Source: an uncultured Candidatus Rokubacteria bacterium (GTDB lineage Bacteria > Methylomirabilota > Methylomirabilia > Rokubacteriales > CSP1-6). From it: 64,000 bases of DNA. Below the pieces are notes generated by a model. That model did not search any database, was not told the DNA's origin, and worked only from the letters and a program-made list of their open reading frames with translations. The stretch covers positions 64,001 through 128,000 of the forward strand of contig CAVWWD010000005.1 of NCBI GenBank assembly GCA_963758635.1. Reading direction: 5' to 3'. Positions 1-10,195 of this stretch are shown one piece after another; the first letter of the stretch is position 1; every line of letters starts with the position of its first letter. Both the position numbers and the translations under genes were made by a program.

Positions 1-37
1 AGCTCAACTGAACCGTTCTCCCAGGGAGGACACGGCG

Positions 38-766
38 ATGCGCGTGCGCGGTGGACCCAACCTCTTCGGCTTCTCCGTCGGCATCCTGATGCTCGACACC
101 CAGTTCCCCCGGATTCCCGGCGACATTGGGAACGCCGAGACGTTCGACTTCCCCGTGCGCTACCACCGCGTGACCGGCGCCTCGCCCGACCGCGTGGTGC
201 GCCAGGGCCACCAGGATCTGCTCCCGGGCTTCCTGGAGGGCGCCCGCTTCCTGGAGCGCGAGGGCGTCGCCGCGATCACCACGAGCTGCGGCTTTCTCGC
301 CAAGTTCCAGCACGAGCTGACCTCCGCGGTGTCCGTGCCCGTCTTCACGTCGAGCCTGCTCCTGGTCCCGCTCGTGCACCGCATGCTGGCGCCCGGGAAG
401 GCGGTGGGGATCATCACCGTGGACGCCTCCTCGCTCCGGCCCGCCCACTACGCGGGAGCGGGCATCGGGCCCGACGTGCCCGTGCGGGTGGCCGGGCTCG
501 AGACGGAGAAGGAGTTCACGCGCGTGCTCCTCGACGACATGATGGAGCTGGACGTGGACACCGCGCGGGCCGAGCACGTGAAGGTGGCGCGGCGCCTCGT
601 GGCCGACCATCCCGAGATCGGCGCCATCGTGCTCGAGTGCACCAACATGCCGCCGTTCCGGGCGGACATCCAGCACGCCACGGGGCTGCCGGTGTTCGAC
701 ATCACCACGCTGGTGCGGATGGTGCGCGACGCCGTGCGCCACGGGCTGCCGCCGCGCCCGGCATGA
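38..766 (+). CDS. Aspartate/glutamate racemase family protein
   Basis: Two catalytic-Cys motifs TSCGF and LECTN; N-terminal GILMLDT-FPRIPGD; SD-like GGAGGA upstream. Confidence 0.85.
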   Translation: MRVRGGPNLFGFSVGILMLDTQFPRIPGDIGNAETFDFPVRYHRVTGASPDRVVRQGHQDLLPGFLEGARFLEREGVAAITTSCGFLAKFQHELTSAVSVPVFTSSLLLVPLVHRMLAPGKAVGIITVDASSLRPAHYAGAGIGPDVPVRVAGLETEKEFTRVLLDDMMELDVDTARAEHVKVARRLVADHPEIGAIVLECTNMPPFRADIQHATGLPVFDITTLVRMVRDAVRHGLPPRPA

Positions 767-1920
767 CCGTCACCGCCGACGCCATCGTCATCGGCGGAGG
801 CGTCATCGGCGCGTCGGTCGCGTACCACCTCCTCGAGCGCGATCCCCGCCTTACCGTGATCCTCCTCGAGCGCGAGGCCGAGGTGGGCACGGGCGCCACG
901 TCCCGGGCCACCGGGAGCGTGCGCTTCCAGTTCTCCACGGAGGAGAACGTCCGCCTCACCCAGCTCTCGTATCCGTACTTCACCGACGCCCCGGCGATCC
1001 TCGGCCGGAGCGTGGACTTCGTCCGCCACGGCTCCCTCTTCGTGACCTCGGATGGCGCCACGCTCGAGCGCTCGCACGAGAGCGTGCGCCTGCAGCGCTC
1101 GCTCGGCGTCCCCTCCGACGTGCTCGGCCCCGAGGAGTGCGGGCGGCACCTCGCCCACATGGTGGTGAACGACCTTGCCGGCGGCACGTTCTGCCCCGAC
1201 GACGGCTCCGCCGACCCGCACAGCCTCCTCCAGGGCTTCCTCGCGCGGGCGCGCGACCGCGGGCTCGAGGTGCTCGTGTGGCAGTCGGTGATCGGCCTCT
1301 TCCGCGAAGGCGAGCGCGTGACCGGGGCGCGGACGATCACCCACGCCTACCACGCGCCGGTGGTGATCGACTGCGCCGGTCCCGAGGCGCACGAGGTCGG
1401 CGCGCTCGCCGGCGTGGACGTCCCGTCGCGGCCGTACCGCCGCCAGGTCCTCGTCACCGACCCCTTGCCCGACCTGCCCGAGGTGTTCCCGCTGCTGGTG
1501 GACCTCGACACGGGCTTCTACGTGCACCGCCAGGGCAAGAGCGCGGTGCTCATGGGTGGCACCGACAAGGACCACACGCCCGGGTACGACACCACCGTGG
1601 ACTGGAACGCCTTCGGCGCGGTGTTCGAGGCGGCGCGGCGCCGCGTGCCGCCGCTCGCTGACGCCAAGGTCATGCGCGCCTACGCCGGTATCCGTGACCT
1701 CACGCCCGACTACCACGGCATCCTCGGGCCCGCGCCGAGCGTCCCCGGCCTCTACGTGGCGTGCGGGTTCTCCGGCCACGGCTTCATGCACGCCCCGGCC
1801 ATCGGTCGGCTCATGGCCGAGATCGTCCTCGACGGCCGCGCGTCCAGCATGGACGTGAGCGCGCTCGCTCTGGATCGCTTCGCGACCGGCCAAAGCCGTG
1901 TCGAAGCGAACATGTTCTAG
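763..1920 (+). CDS. FAD-dependent oxidoreductase (DAO / sarcosine oxidase beta-like)
   Basis: GGGVIG Rossmann motif, C-terminal GFSGHGFM; ATG at 763 overlaps the previous stop (ATGA). Confidence 0.85.
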   Translation: MTVTADAIVIGGGVIGASVAYHLLERDPRLTVILLEREAEVGTGATSRATGSVRFQFSTEENVRLTQLSYPYFTDAPAILGRSVDFVRHGSLFVTSDGATLERSHESVRLQRSLGVPSDVLGPEECGRHLAHMVVNDLAGGTFCPDDGSADPHSLLQGFLARARDRGLEVLVWQSVIGLFREGERVTGARTITHAYHAPVVIDCAGPEAHEVGALAGVDVPSRPYRRQVLVTDPLPDLPEVFPLLVDLDTGFYVHRQGKSAVLMGGTDKDHTPGYDTTVDWNAFGAVFEAARRRVPPLADAKVMRAYAGIRDLTPDYHGILGPAPSVPGLYVACGFSGHGFMHAPAIGRLMAEIVLDGRASSMDVSALALDRFATGQSRVEANMF

Positions 1921-1952
1921 CGTGACAAGCGAGCGCCATGGGGTTGGCGGTC

Positions 1953-2003
1953 GTTTCCACAGCATCTCCGGATGCGCACCCCTCGCCTTCCGCTCGCTTC
2001 GCA
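1953..2003. repeat. Repeat family D, diverged copy
   Basis: GTTTCCACAGCATCTCC...CCTCGCCTTCCGCTCGCTTCGC aligns by eye with the 57-bp unit at 21121. Confidence 0.55.
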
Positions 2004-2007
2004 AGAC

Positions 2008-3120
2008 ATGAAAATCGCCGACATCCGCACGATCCGGGCTGACATCCCGGTGCGCCGGCCCCACGAGATGTCCTTCACCACGCTCGAGGCGGTGAACTTC
2101 GTGTTCGTGCGCATCGAGACCGCGGACGGGATCGTGGGCTGGGGCGAGGCCGCCTGCCTGGGCGGGCCGACGTGGAGCGAGGAGTCCGCGGAGTCCGTCG
2201 CCGCCACCATCGATCGCTACATCGCTCCGTGGCTCGCCGGCCGCGACGCCGCGGCCATCGAGCCGCTGCGGATCGAGATGGCGCGCCGGGTGCAGGGAAA
2301 CCCGTTCGCGCGCGCCGCGGTGGAGATGGCGCTGTGGGACCTCGCCGGCCGCGCCCTCGGCGTTCCCGTGCACCGGCTCCTGGGCGGGCGCGTGCGTGAT
2401 CGGGTGCCGCTATCCTGGTCGCTCGCCGTCGGCGACACCGACCGCGAGATCGCCGAGGCGCGCGACAAGGCGGGCCACGGGCACCGCATCTTCAAGATCA
2501 AGACGGCGGTGAAGAGCGTCGAGGCGGACGTCGAGCGCGTGAGGCGGCTGCGCGAGGCCCTCGGCCCCGGCGTGTCGCTCCGCGTCGACGCCAACCAGGG
2601 CTGGGACCGGGCCACGGCGCTTCGGGCCATCCGCGCCCTCGAGCCGTACGGGCTCGACTTCGTCGAGCAGCCGGTGCCGCGCTGGGACGTGGAGGGCATG
2701 GCCCACATCGGCAGGAGCGTCACCGTCCCCGTGATGGCCGACGAGTCCTGCTTCACGCCGCACGACGCGCTCGCCATCGCCCGGCTCGGCGGCGTCTCCA
2801 TCCTCGGCCTCAAGGTGACGAAGTCCGCGGGGCTTCTCGACACCATGGCGATCGCGCGTATCGCGGAAGCCGCGGGTATGACCTGCTACGTCGGCTGCAT
2901 GATCGAGACCTCGCTCGGCAGCGCCGCGTACCTCCAGGTGGCGCTGGCCGCGGCGCCGGTCACGTGGGGCTGCGAGTTGTTCGGCCCGCTGCTCCTCGCC
3001 GGCGACGTGACCGCCCGGCCCGTCCAGTACGCGGATGGCTGCATCCTCAGCCTCGACGGCCCGGGGCTCGGCGTGGAGATCGACGAGCGCGCGCTCGCCG
3101 AGTGGAAGCCGCGCTCGTGA
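2008..3120 (+). CDS. Enolase superfamily, muconate cycloisomerase-like
   Basis: KIK motif, metal ligands in DAN/EQP/DES, WGCELFGPLLL as in the MLE subgroup. Confidence 0.8.
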   Translation: MKIADIRTIRADIPVRRPHEMSFTTLEAVNFVFVRIETADGIVGWGEAACLGGPTWSEESAESVAATIDRYIAPWLAGRDAAAIEPLRIEMARRVQGNPFARAAVEMALWDLAGRALGVPVHRLLGGRVRDRVPLSWSLAVGDTDREIAEARDKAGHGHRIFKIKTAVKSVEADVERVRRLREALGPGVSLRVDANQGWDRATALRAIRALEPYGLDFVEQPVPRWDVEGMAHIGRSVTVPVMADESCFTPHDALAIARLGGVSILGLKVTKSAGLLDTMAIARIAEAAGMTCYVGCMIETSLGSAAYLQVALAAAPVTWGCELFGPLLLAGDVTARPVQYADGCILSLDGPGLGVEIDERALAEWKPRS

Positions 3121-3869
3121 CGCCGGCGGCGCCAGGCGAGCCGCTTCTCGAGACGCGAGGCCTGACGAGACGCTTCGGCGGGCTGGTGGCGGTGGACGGC
3201 CTCGACCTCGTCGTGAGCGCGGGCGAGGTGAGGGGGCTGATCGGCCCGAACGGCTCGGGGAAGACCACCACGGTCAACCTCGTGTCCGGCCTCTATCGGC
3301 CCGACGCCGGCGAGATCCGGCTCCGCGGCGAGCGTCTCGACGGCCTCCGCCCACACCAGATCGCCGGGCGAGGCGTGGCGCGCACGTTCCAGATCCCCAA
3401 GCTCTTCGGCAACATGACCGTGCTGGAGAACGTCCTCGTACCCGCCCTCGCCGAGCGCGACCGGGGCGGGCGGCGGCCCCTGGGCGAGGTGCGGGAGCGC
3501 GCCCGCCACCTGCTCGACTTCGTCCTGCTCGACCGGATGCGCCACGATCAGGCGCGGGAGCTGTCGGGTGGCCAGGGCATGCTGCTCCAGATCGCCCGCG
3601 CGCTCATGCTCCACCCGCTGCACCTCCTGCTGATGGACGAGCCCTTCGCCGGCGTGCACCCGACGATCAAGGAGACGATCCTCGCAACGATCTTGCGCAT
3701 GAACCGCGAGGAGGGCGTCACGTGCCTCGTGGTCTCCCACGAGATGGCCACGCTTCGCCAGCTCTGCCCGCGCGTGTCGGTGATGCACGAGGGGCGGCTC
3801 ATCGCCGAGGGGCCGCTCGAGGAGGTGGCGAACCACGCCCTCGTCCTCGAGGCGTACCTGGGCCGGTGA
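3117..3869 (+). CDS. Branched-chain amino acid-type ABC ATPase (LivG-like)
   Basis: GPNGSGKTT Walker A, ARTFQ, LSGG, DEPFAG; GTG start overlaps the previous stop. Confidence 0.85.
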   Translation: MTPAAPGEPLLETRGLTRRFGGLVAVDGLDLVVSAGEVRGLIGPNGSGKTTTVNLVSGLYRPDAGEIRLRGERLDGLRPHQIAGRGVARTFQIPKLFGNMTVLENVLVPALAERDRGGRRPLGEVRERARHLLDFVLLDRMRHDQARELSGGQGMLLQIARALMLHPLHLLLMDEPFAGVHPTIKETILATILRMNREEGVTCLVVSHEMATLRQLCPRVSVMHEGRLIAEGPLEEVANHALVLEAYLGR

Positions 3870-3873
3870 CGCG

Positions 3874-4596
3874 GTGGCCCTCCTCGACGTGGACGGCATC
3901 TCGGTGGGCTACGTGGAGGGGATCAACGTCCTCGACGACGTGACGCTCGCCGTAGCGCCGGGCAGCGTGACCGGCGTCATCGGGCCCAACGGCGCGGGCA
4001 AGTCCACGCTCCTCAAGACGGTGTTCGGCTTCCTCCATCCCCGCCGCGGGCGCATCCTCCACGACGGTCGCCCTGTCGAGACCCTGGCACCGCACGAGAT
4101 CAAGCGGCTCGGCATCAGCTACGTGCCGCAGGGCGTGAACGTCTTCCCCCAGCTCACGGTCGAGGAGAACCTGCTCCTCGGGCTCTGGGTGTGGCGGAAA
4201 GACCGGGCGCGGGTGGGAGGGATGCTCGAGCGCGCCTACGCGGCGTTCCCCAGGCTCCGCGAGAAGCGCCGGCTGCGGGCCACCGGTCTCTCCGGCGGCG
4301 AGGCGAAGATGCTGTCGCTCGCCAAGGAGCTCGTGACGGACCCGCGGCTGCTGCTCGTGGACGAGCCCTCGGCCGGCCTCGCCCCGGTCATCGCGCACCA
4401 GGTATACGAGGAGCTGCTCGCCGCGCGCGCCCGCGGGGTGACCGTGCTGCTGGTCGATCAGAACATCACGAAGGCGGTGGAGATCTCCGACTACCTCTAC
4501 ATGATCGAGCGCGGGCAGGTGCGGCGGGAGGGCCCGCGCGAGGCCTTCGCCGATCAGCTCCGCGACATCATCCGCGACTCGCTCCTCGGCGCATGA
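3874..4596 (+). CDS. ABC ATPase (LivF-like)
   Basis: GPNGAGKST, LTVEENL, LSGGE, DEPSAGLAP. Confidence 0.85.
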   Translation: MALLDVDGISVGYVEGINVLDDVTLAVAPGSVTGVIGPNGAGKSTLLKTVFGFLHPRRGRILHDGRPVETLAPHEIKRLGISYVPQGVNVFPQLTVEENLLLGLWVWRKDRARVGGMLERAYAAFPRLREKRRLRATGLSGGEAKMLSLAKELVTDPRLLLVDEPSAGLAPVIAHQVYEELLAARARGVTVLLVDQNITKAVEISDYLYMIERGQVRREGPREAFADQLRDIIRDSLLGA

Positions 4597-5573
4597 GCCC
4601 GATGCCGGCAGCGCGAGCCCTCGCCTGGTGCGCCGGCGCGTACGTGGCGCTTGCCTGGCTGCCGTGGGCGCTTTCCGAGTACCACACGCACGTGGCCACG
4701 ATCGCGCTGTACTACGTGATCCTCGCCACCGGCTGGAACCTCCTCGCCGGGTACACCGGGCAGTTCTCCCTGGCCCACCACACGTTCGCGGGCATCGGCG
4801 GGTACACCTCGGCGCTCCTCGTCAAGCACACCGGCCTGCCCATCCTGGTCGGGATCGTCGCGGGCTCGGTGGTGGCGGCGGCGATCGGCTACGGGCTCGG
4901 CACGCTCTGCCTGCGGATGCGCGCCATCTACCTGGCGCTCGCGACCTGGGCGTTCGCGGAGTCCGTCCGGCTCCTCATCACCGTCGAGTACCAGATCACT
5001 CGCGGCGACCTCGGTCTCGCGACGCCGCTCCTGTTCGACACGCCGCGCCCGACCCCGTACTTCTACCTGTTCCTCGGCCTCGCCCTGGCCGCGCTGCTCG
5101 CCGCCCTTGGCATCATGCGCTCGCGGATCGGCGTCTACCTGCGCGCCATCCGCGACGACGAGGAGGCCGCCGCCGTCATGGGCGTCGACACCCTCCGGTG
5201 GAAGCGGTTCGCCTTCGCGGTGTCCGCGGTGTTCGCGGCGGTCGCGGGCGGCTTCCAGGCCCACTACGTGGGCCTCCTGTCGCCGGCGCCGATGAAGTTC
5301 AACGAGATGGCCATGGTGGTGATCATGGTGATCGTCGGCGGTCTTCGCACCATGCCCGGCCCGGTGATCGGCGCGGTGTTCATCGAGGTGCTCTCGGAGC
5401 TGTTGCGCGCGTGGGGCGAGGTGCGCATGGTCGTCTTCGCGCTGCTCGTCATCGCAGTGGCCCGGGGCTATCCCGCCGGCCTCTACGGCGTGTGGCGTGC
5501 GCTCGCCCAGCGCCTCGCCGCCCGCGTGCCCGCGCTGGCCCCCGCCCTCGTCGCCGGCCGCCCACACGACTGA
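4593..5573 (+). CDS. ABC permease (LivM-like)
   Basis: WNLLAGYTGQFSL, AIRDDEEAAAVMG, hydrophobic; ATGA overlap at start. Confidence 0.85.
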   Translation: MSPMPAARALAWCAGAYVALAWLPWALSEYHTHVATIALYYVILATGWNLLAGYTGQFSLAHHTFAGIGGYTSALLVKHTGLPILVGIVAGSVVAAAIGYGLGTLCLRMRAIYLALATWAFAESVRLLITVEYQITRGDLGLATPLLFDTPRPTPYFYLFLGLALAALLAALGIMRSRIGVYLRAIRDDEEAAAVMGVDTLRWKRFAFAVSAVFAAVAGGFQAHYVGLLSPAPMKFNEMAMVVIMVIVGGLRTMPGPVIGAVFIEVLSELLRAWGEVRMVVFALLVIAVARGYPAGLYGVWRALAQRLAARVPALAPALVAGRPHD

Positions 5574-5744
5574 CTCCGCGGGCCGAGCACCAGGGACGAG
5601 CTCTGCCGCGATACACTGACGAGACCGTGTTACACGGTTCCGTCCAATGGTAGCTACAGCTATCCACAGAGGCTTGTTCCGTATGGTTGTGAGTTCGCAA
5701 CACCGCAGCCGAACTCGGAAGTCGGGATAGGGGCACGGGCCGCG

Positions 5745-8700
5745 ATGCAGTGCCCGAGGTGTCGGCACGAGAACAGCCCTGGCGCCAAGTTTTGTGAGGA
5801 ATGCGCCGCGCCCTTGGCCCGGGCCTGCACCAACTGTGGAGCCCAGCTTTCCGCGGCCGCGAAGTTCTGCTCAGAGTGCGCGCATCCCGCCGGCGCCGCG
5901 GCGCCGAACGCGCGGCGGTTTGGTCCACCCGAGTCCTACACCCCCAAGCATCTCGTCGAGAAGATCCTCACCTCGAAGGGCTCGCTCGAAGGCGAGCGCA
6001 AGCAGGTGACAATCCTCTTCGCGGACCTGAAGGGTTCGATGGAGTTGCTCGCCGATCGTGATCCGGACGACGCGCGGATGCTGCTCGACCCCATCCTCGA
6101 GCACATGATGGAGGCCGTCCATCGCTACGAGGGCACGGTCAACCAGGTCATGGGAGACGGGGTCATGGCGCTGTTCGGGGCGCCGCTCGCCCACGAGGAT
6201 CACGCCGTCCGCGCCTGCTACGCGGCGGTCCGGATGCAGGAGACGGTAAAGCGGTACGCGGAGAGTGTGCGTCGCGTCGAGGGTGTCCCACTCCAGATCC
6301 GCGTAGGCATCAACTCCGGGGAGGTGGTGGTCCGATCCATCGGAAGCGACCTGCGGATGGACTACTCGGCCATCGGGCACACAACCAACCTCGCAGCCCG
6401 GATGGAACAGATCGCGATGCCGGGGACCATCGTCGTGGCGCCGGACACGTTGAGGCTGGTCGAGGATCATGTCCAGGTCACTGCTCTTGGACCGACCACG
6501 ATCAAGGGACTGCCGAATCCCATTGAGGTGTACGAGCTGACCGGCGTCGCGAGCGTGCGGTCCCGGTTCCAGGCCGCGGCGGCCCGCGGCTTGAGCCGGT
6601 TCGTCGGGCGCGATCCCGAGATGGAACAGTTGCGGCTGGCCCTTGAGCGGGCTGCCGAAGGGCATGGCCAGGTCGCGGCCGTCGTCGGGGAGCCGGGCGT
6701 CGGCAAGTCGCGACTTTACTGGGAATTCATACACTCGCATCGCACGCACGGCTGGCTCGTTCTGGAGAGCGGGTCTGTCTCGCACGGGAAGGCCACGAGC
6801 TATCTGCCGATCATCGATCTCCTCATCGGGTACTTTCAGATCGAAACGCGAGACGAGCCTCGCCGTCTTCGCGAGAAGATCACCGGGAAGCTCCTCGGCC
6901 TGGATGAAGCGTTGCGGCCCATCTTGCCGGCACTCTTCGAGCTCTTCGACTTGCCGATTGGCGACGCCAGCTGGCGGGCGCTCGACGCGACGCAGCGCCG
7001 GCAGCGCATCCTGGACGCCGTAAAGCGTCTCCTCCTGCGCGAGAGTCAGGTCCAACCCTTGATCGTCGTGTTCGAGGACCTGCACTGGATCGACTCCGAG
7101 ACGCAGGCATTCCTCAATGGCCTGGTCGAGAGCGTCCCGACGGCCCGTCTCCTGCTGCTGCTCAACTACCGGCCGGAGTACCGGCACGACTGGGGCGGCA
7201 AAACGTACTACCACCAGCTGCAGATCGACCCGCTCGCCTCGGCATCCGCCGACGTTCTCATCCAGTCGCTCTTGGGGCCCGGCGCGGACGTCCGGGCGCT
7301 GGGCCAGGTCCTGATCCAGAGGACGGGAGGGAACCCGTTCTTCATCGAGGAGAGCGTTCGCACACTCTTCGAGACCGGGGTGCTGTCGGGACATCGCGGC
7401 GACTACTGCCTCGCCCGGGACGTTGCCGAGATCCAGGTTCCCCCGACCGTGCAGGCGGTCCTTTCGGCCCGCATCGACCGACTGCCGCCGGCGGACAAGC
7501 GGCTGCTGCAGTGTGCCGCGGTCATTGGCAAGGATGTGCCACTGCCGCTGCTCCAGGCCGTGTCGGACCTCCCGCAGGTGGACCTTCAGCATGGCCTCGC
7601 GCGGCTCCAGGCCGCCGAGTTCCTCTACGAGAAGCAGCTCTTCCCCGAACTCGAATACACGTTCAAGCATGCCCTGACGCAAGAGACGGCCTACGCGAGC
7701 CTGCTCCAGGAGCGCCGTCGCGCGCTCCACGCGCGGCTGGTCCCGGCCCTCGAGGAGGTCCATGCCGACCGGCTCGAAGAACATGTCGAGCGCCTGGGAC
7801 ACCATGCGCTCCGCGGCGGAGTCTGGAACAAGGCGGCGGACTATCTCTACAGGGCCGGGGCCAAGGCGTTCGGGCGGTCGGCCCTGCGCGAAGCCGCGGC
7901 ATGGTACGAACAGGCGAAGGTGGCCCTCAGTCACGTCACGCAGACCGAGGAGATCGGCGCGCGGGTCGTCGACATTTGTTTCGAACTGCGGAACGCGTTG
8001 ATGCAGATCGGTGACTTCGCGCGGGCCAAGGATCATCTGCTCGAGGCCAAGGCGCGGGCCGAGGCCCTCGGAGACCGCCGTCGCCTCGGGCAGGCGCTCT
8101 CGATCCTGGCCAACTACTACATGAACACCGGCGACCTCGACGCCGCCCTCGACTCGGGCAACCAGGCGCTCACCACCGCCGAATCCGTCGGCGACTTCCG
8201 GCTGGAACGTCATGGTGAGCGTTCACCTCGGTTGGATCCACTGCACCACTGGCGACTGGCGGGTCGCTGGACAAATGCTCACCAGGCACGTGGGCGCGCT
8301 GACCGGGCATCTAGCGACTGATCACTTCGGCATGGGGGCGCCGGCCTCCGTCCTGTCGCGGTCGATCGCGGCCCAAGCGTACTCCGAGCTCGGAGAGTTT
8401 GATCGAGGTGTCCGGCTCGCCCGGGAAGCTGTCCAGCTGACCGAAGCTCGGGGCCGCGCTCTGGATCGGGTGTACGCGTATCGAAGCCTGTCCTACGTGC
8501 ACGCACTTCAGGGTGAGCCGGCGCTGCTGGTCACCGTCGCCGAACAAGGTCTCGAGCTCGCCGAGACCAACGGGATCCTACTCTTTCTCACGTGGTTCGC
8601 CGGCTACCTGGCCTACGCGCATGCCCTGGCCGGCAATCTCGACCGCGTTCCCAGGCTCGTAGAGCGCGTGAAAGTCTCGGTCTCGTCCACGTCGACGTGG

Positions 8701-9129
8701 AGCCAGGCCCTGGCGCACATACGGGCGGGGGAAGCCTGCCTCTGCGCCGAAAGGATCGACGAGGCGTCTCGGCTCGCACAGACGGCTCTCGACACCGCCA
8801 CGCGTCATGGCCATCGAGGCTACCGTGCCTGGGCGATCTGGCTTCTGGGCGAGATCGCTCGGACCGCCGATCCGGACGATCTTCCACGCGCCGCCGCTCA
8901 CTATCGCGAGGCGCTGAGGAACGCGATCGGCCTCGCCATGCGCCCGCTCACCGCTCACTGCCACCTGGGCCTCGCGAAGCTCTACCGGCGAAACGGCAGC
9001 CGCAGGGAGGCGGAGGAGAACCTGGCCGCCGCGGTGTCCCTGTATCGCGAAATGGACATGCGCTTCTGGCTCGAGCAGGCCGAGGTGAAATCAGGGCCCC
9101 AGCATGACCACGGAGACGAGGGGGCATGA
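5745..9129 (+). CDS. Double zinc ribbon + class III adenylate/guanylate cyclase + STAND/AAA ATPase + TPR protein (frameshift near 8205-8212)
   Basis: Four CxxC pairs; FADLKGS, GDG, NLAARME; GEPGVGKS Walker A; EDLHW; TPR-like tail continues in ORF 8212..9129. Confidence 0.85.
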
Positions 9130-9196
9130 CGACACGTTCGACCGGACCGCTGGCTCGCGTTCGCTCGCCGCGGCCGGTCAACGTGAAGCGTTCGCC
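9124..9196 (+). mobile_element. Integron attC-like recombination site
   Basis: R'' GCATGAC, 5-nt spacer, L'' GTTCGACC ... L' GGTCAAC, 7-nt spacer, R' GTTCGCC; two unpaired extra bases (C, A) in the left arm. Confidence 0.7.
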
Positions 9197-9248
9197 GCAC
9201 AGGGGAGTGATTGGCGGTTGAGTTCCACACGCGGCTTCCACACGCTCC

Positions 9249-10142
9249 CTACACCGTGCGCTCGCGCTCGCCGAAGAGGCCGGTGGGCCGGAAGACCAGG
9301 AGCGCGATGAGGAGCAGGAAGCCGTAGAGATCCTTGTAGGCCGCGGAGATGAACACGGAGCCGAGCGCCTCGATCACGCCGAGCAGCACCCCTCCGACGA
9401 CGCTCCCGAGGATCGAGCCGAGCCCGCCGATCACGATGATCTCGAAGCCCTTGAAGGTGGAGATCGCGCCGTTCTCCGGGTATACGAGGAAGTCGGGGGC
9501 GAGGAGCGCTCCCGCTGCGGCGGCGAGGGCCACGCCCACGCCGAACGCCAGCATGTCCAGGCGGAGCACGTCGATCCCCGCGGTCTGGATGCCCACCCGG
9601 TTCTGGGCCGCGCCCCGGAACGCGCGCCCGATCCACGTCTTCTTGATGACGAGGTAGAAGAGGCCGAGGAGCACGAGCGTGCCCACGAGGGCCATGAAGC
9701 GGTTCCCGGAGATGGGGAGCGTGCCCAGGGTGATCGGCTTCGCGTAGTCCTTCGGCGCGTACTGATTCGGGCCCCCGACCACGATGGCGAGGTTCCGGAA
9801 GAAGACCATGAGGGCGATGGTGACGATCGTCGCGTACTCGTCGCGACGCTCCACGCCGCCCACGTACATCGGGCGCAGGAGGAAGCGCTGGATGACGAGG
9901 CCGAGCAGGAACACCGAGCCCATGGCCAGGGGCAGGGCGAGGTACCACCGATCGGCGGGCAAGAGCGTGGCGAGGACCGCGTACTGCACGTAGCTCCCGA
10001 TCATGTAGAACTCGCCCATCGACCAGTTGATCATCTTCATGATGCTGTAGATGAACGTGATCCCGAGCGCCATCAGGCTGTAGATGACGCCGATGACGAG
10101 ACCGGCGAGGACGTACTGGGACAGGAGATGGAGGTCGGGCAT
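9249..10142 (-). CDS. ABC permease (LivH-like)
   Basis: YSLMALGITFIYSIMKMINW, IIVIGGLGS; hydrophobic. Confidence 0.85.
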   Translation of the reverse strand: MPDLHLLSQYVLAGLVIGVIYSLMALGITFIYSIMKMINWSMGEFYMIGSYVQYAVLATLLPADRWYLALPLAMGSVFLLGLVIQRFLLRPMYVGGVERRDEYATIVTIALMVFFRNLAIVVGGPNQYAPKDYAKPITLGTLPISGNRFMALVGTLVLLGLFYLVIKKTWIGRAFRGAAQNRVGIQTAGIDVLRLDMLAFGVGVALAAAAGALLAPDFLVYPENGAISTFKGFEIIVIGGLGSILGSVVGGVLLGVIEALGSVFISAAYKDLYGFLLLIALLVFRPTGLFGERERTV

Positions 10143-10195
10143 GCGGGAGGGGCGGCGGCGATGCGGCGCCGCCGCCCCCGGTCAGCCGCGAGTCG

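Noticed and set aside
5574..9248. Complete integron
   Set aside because: No intI, no attI and only one attC-like site in the window.
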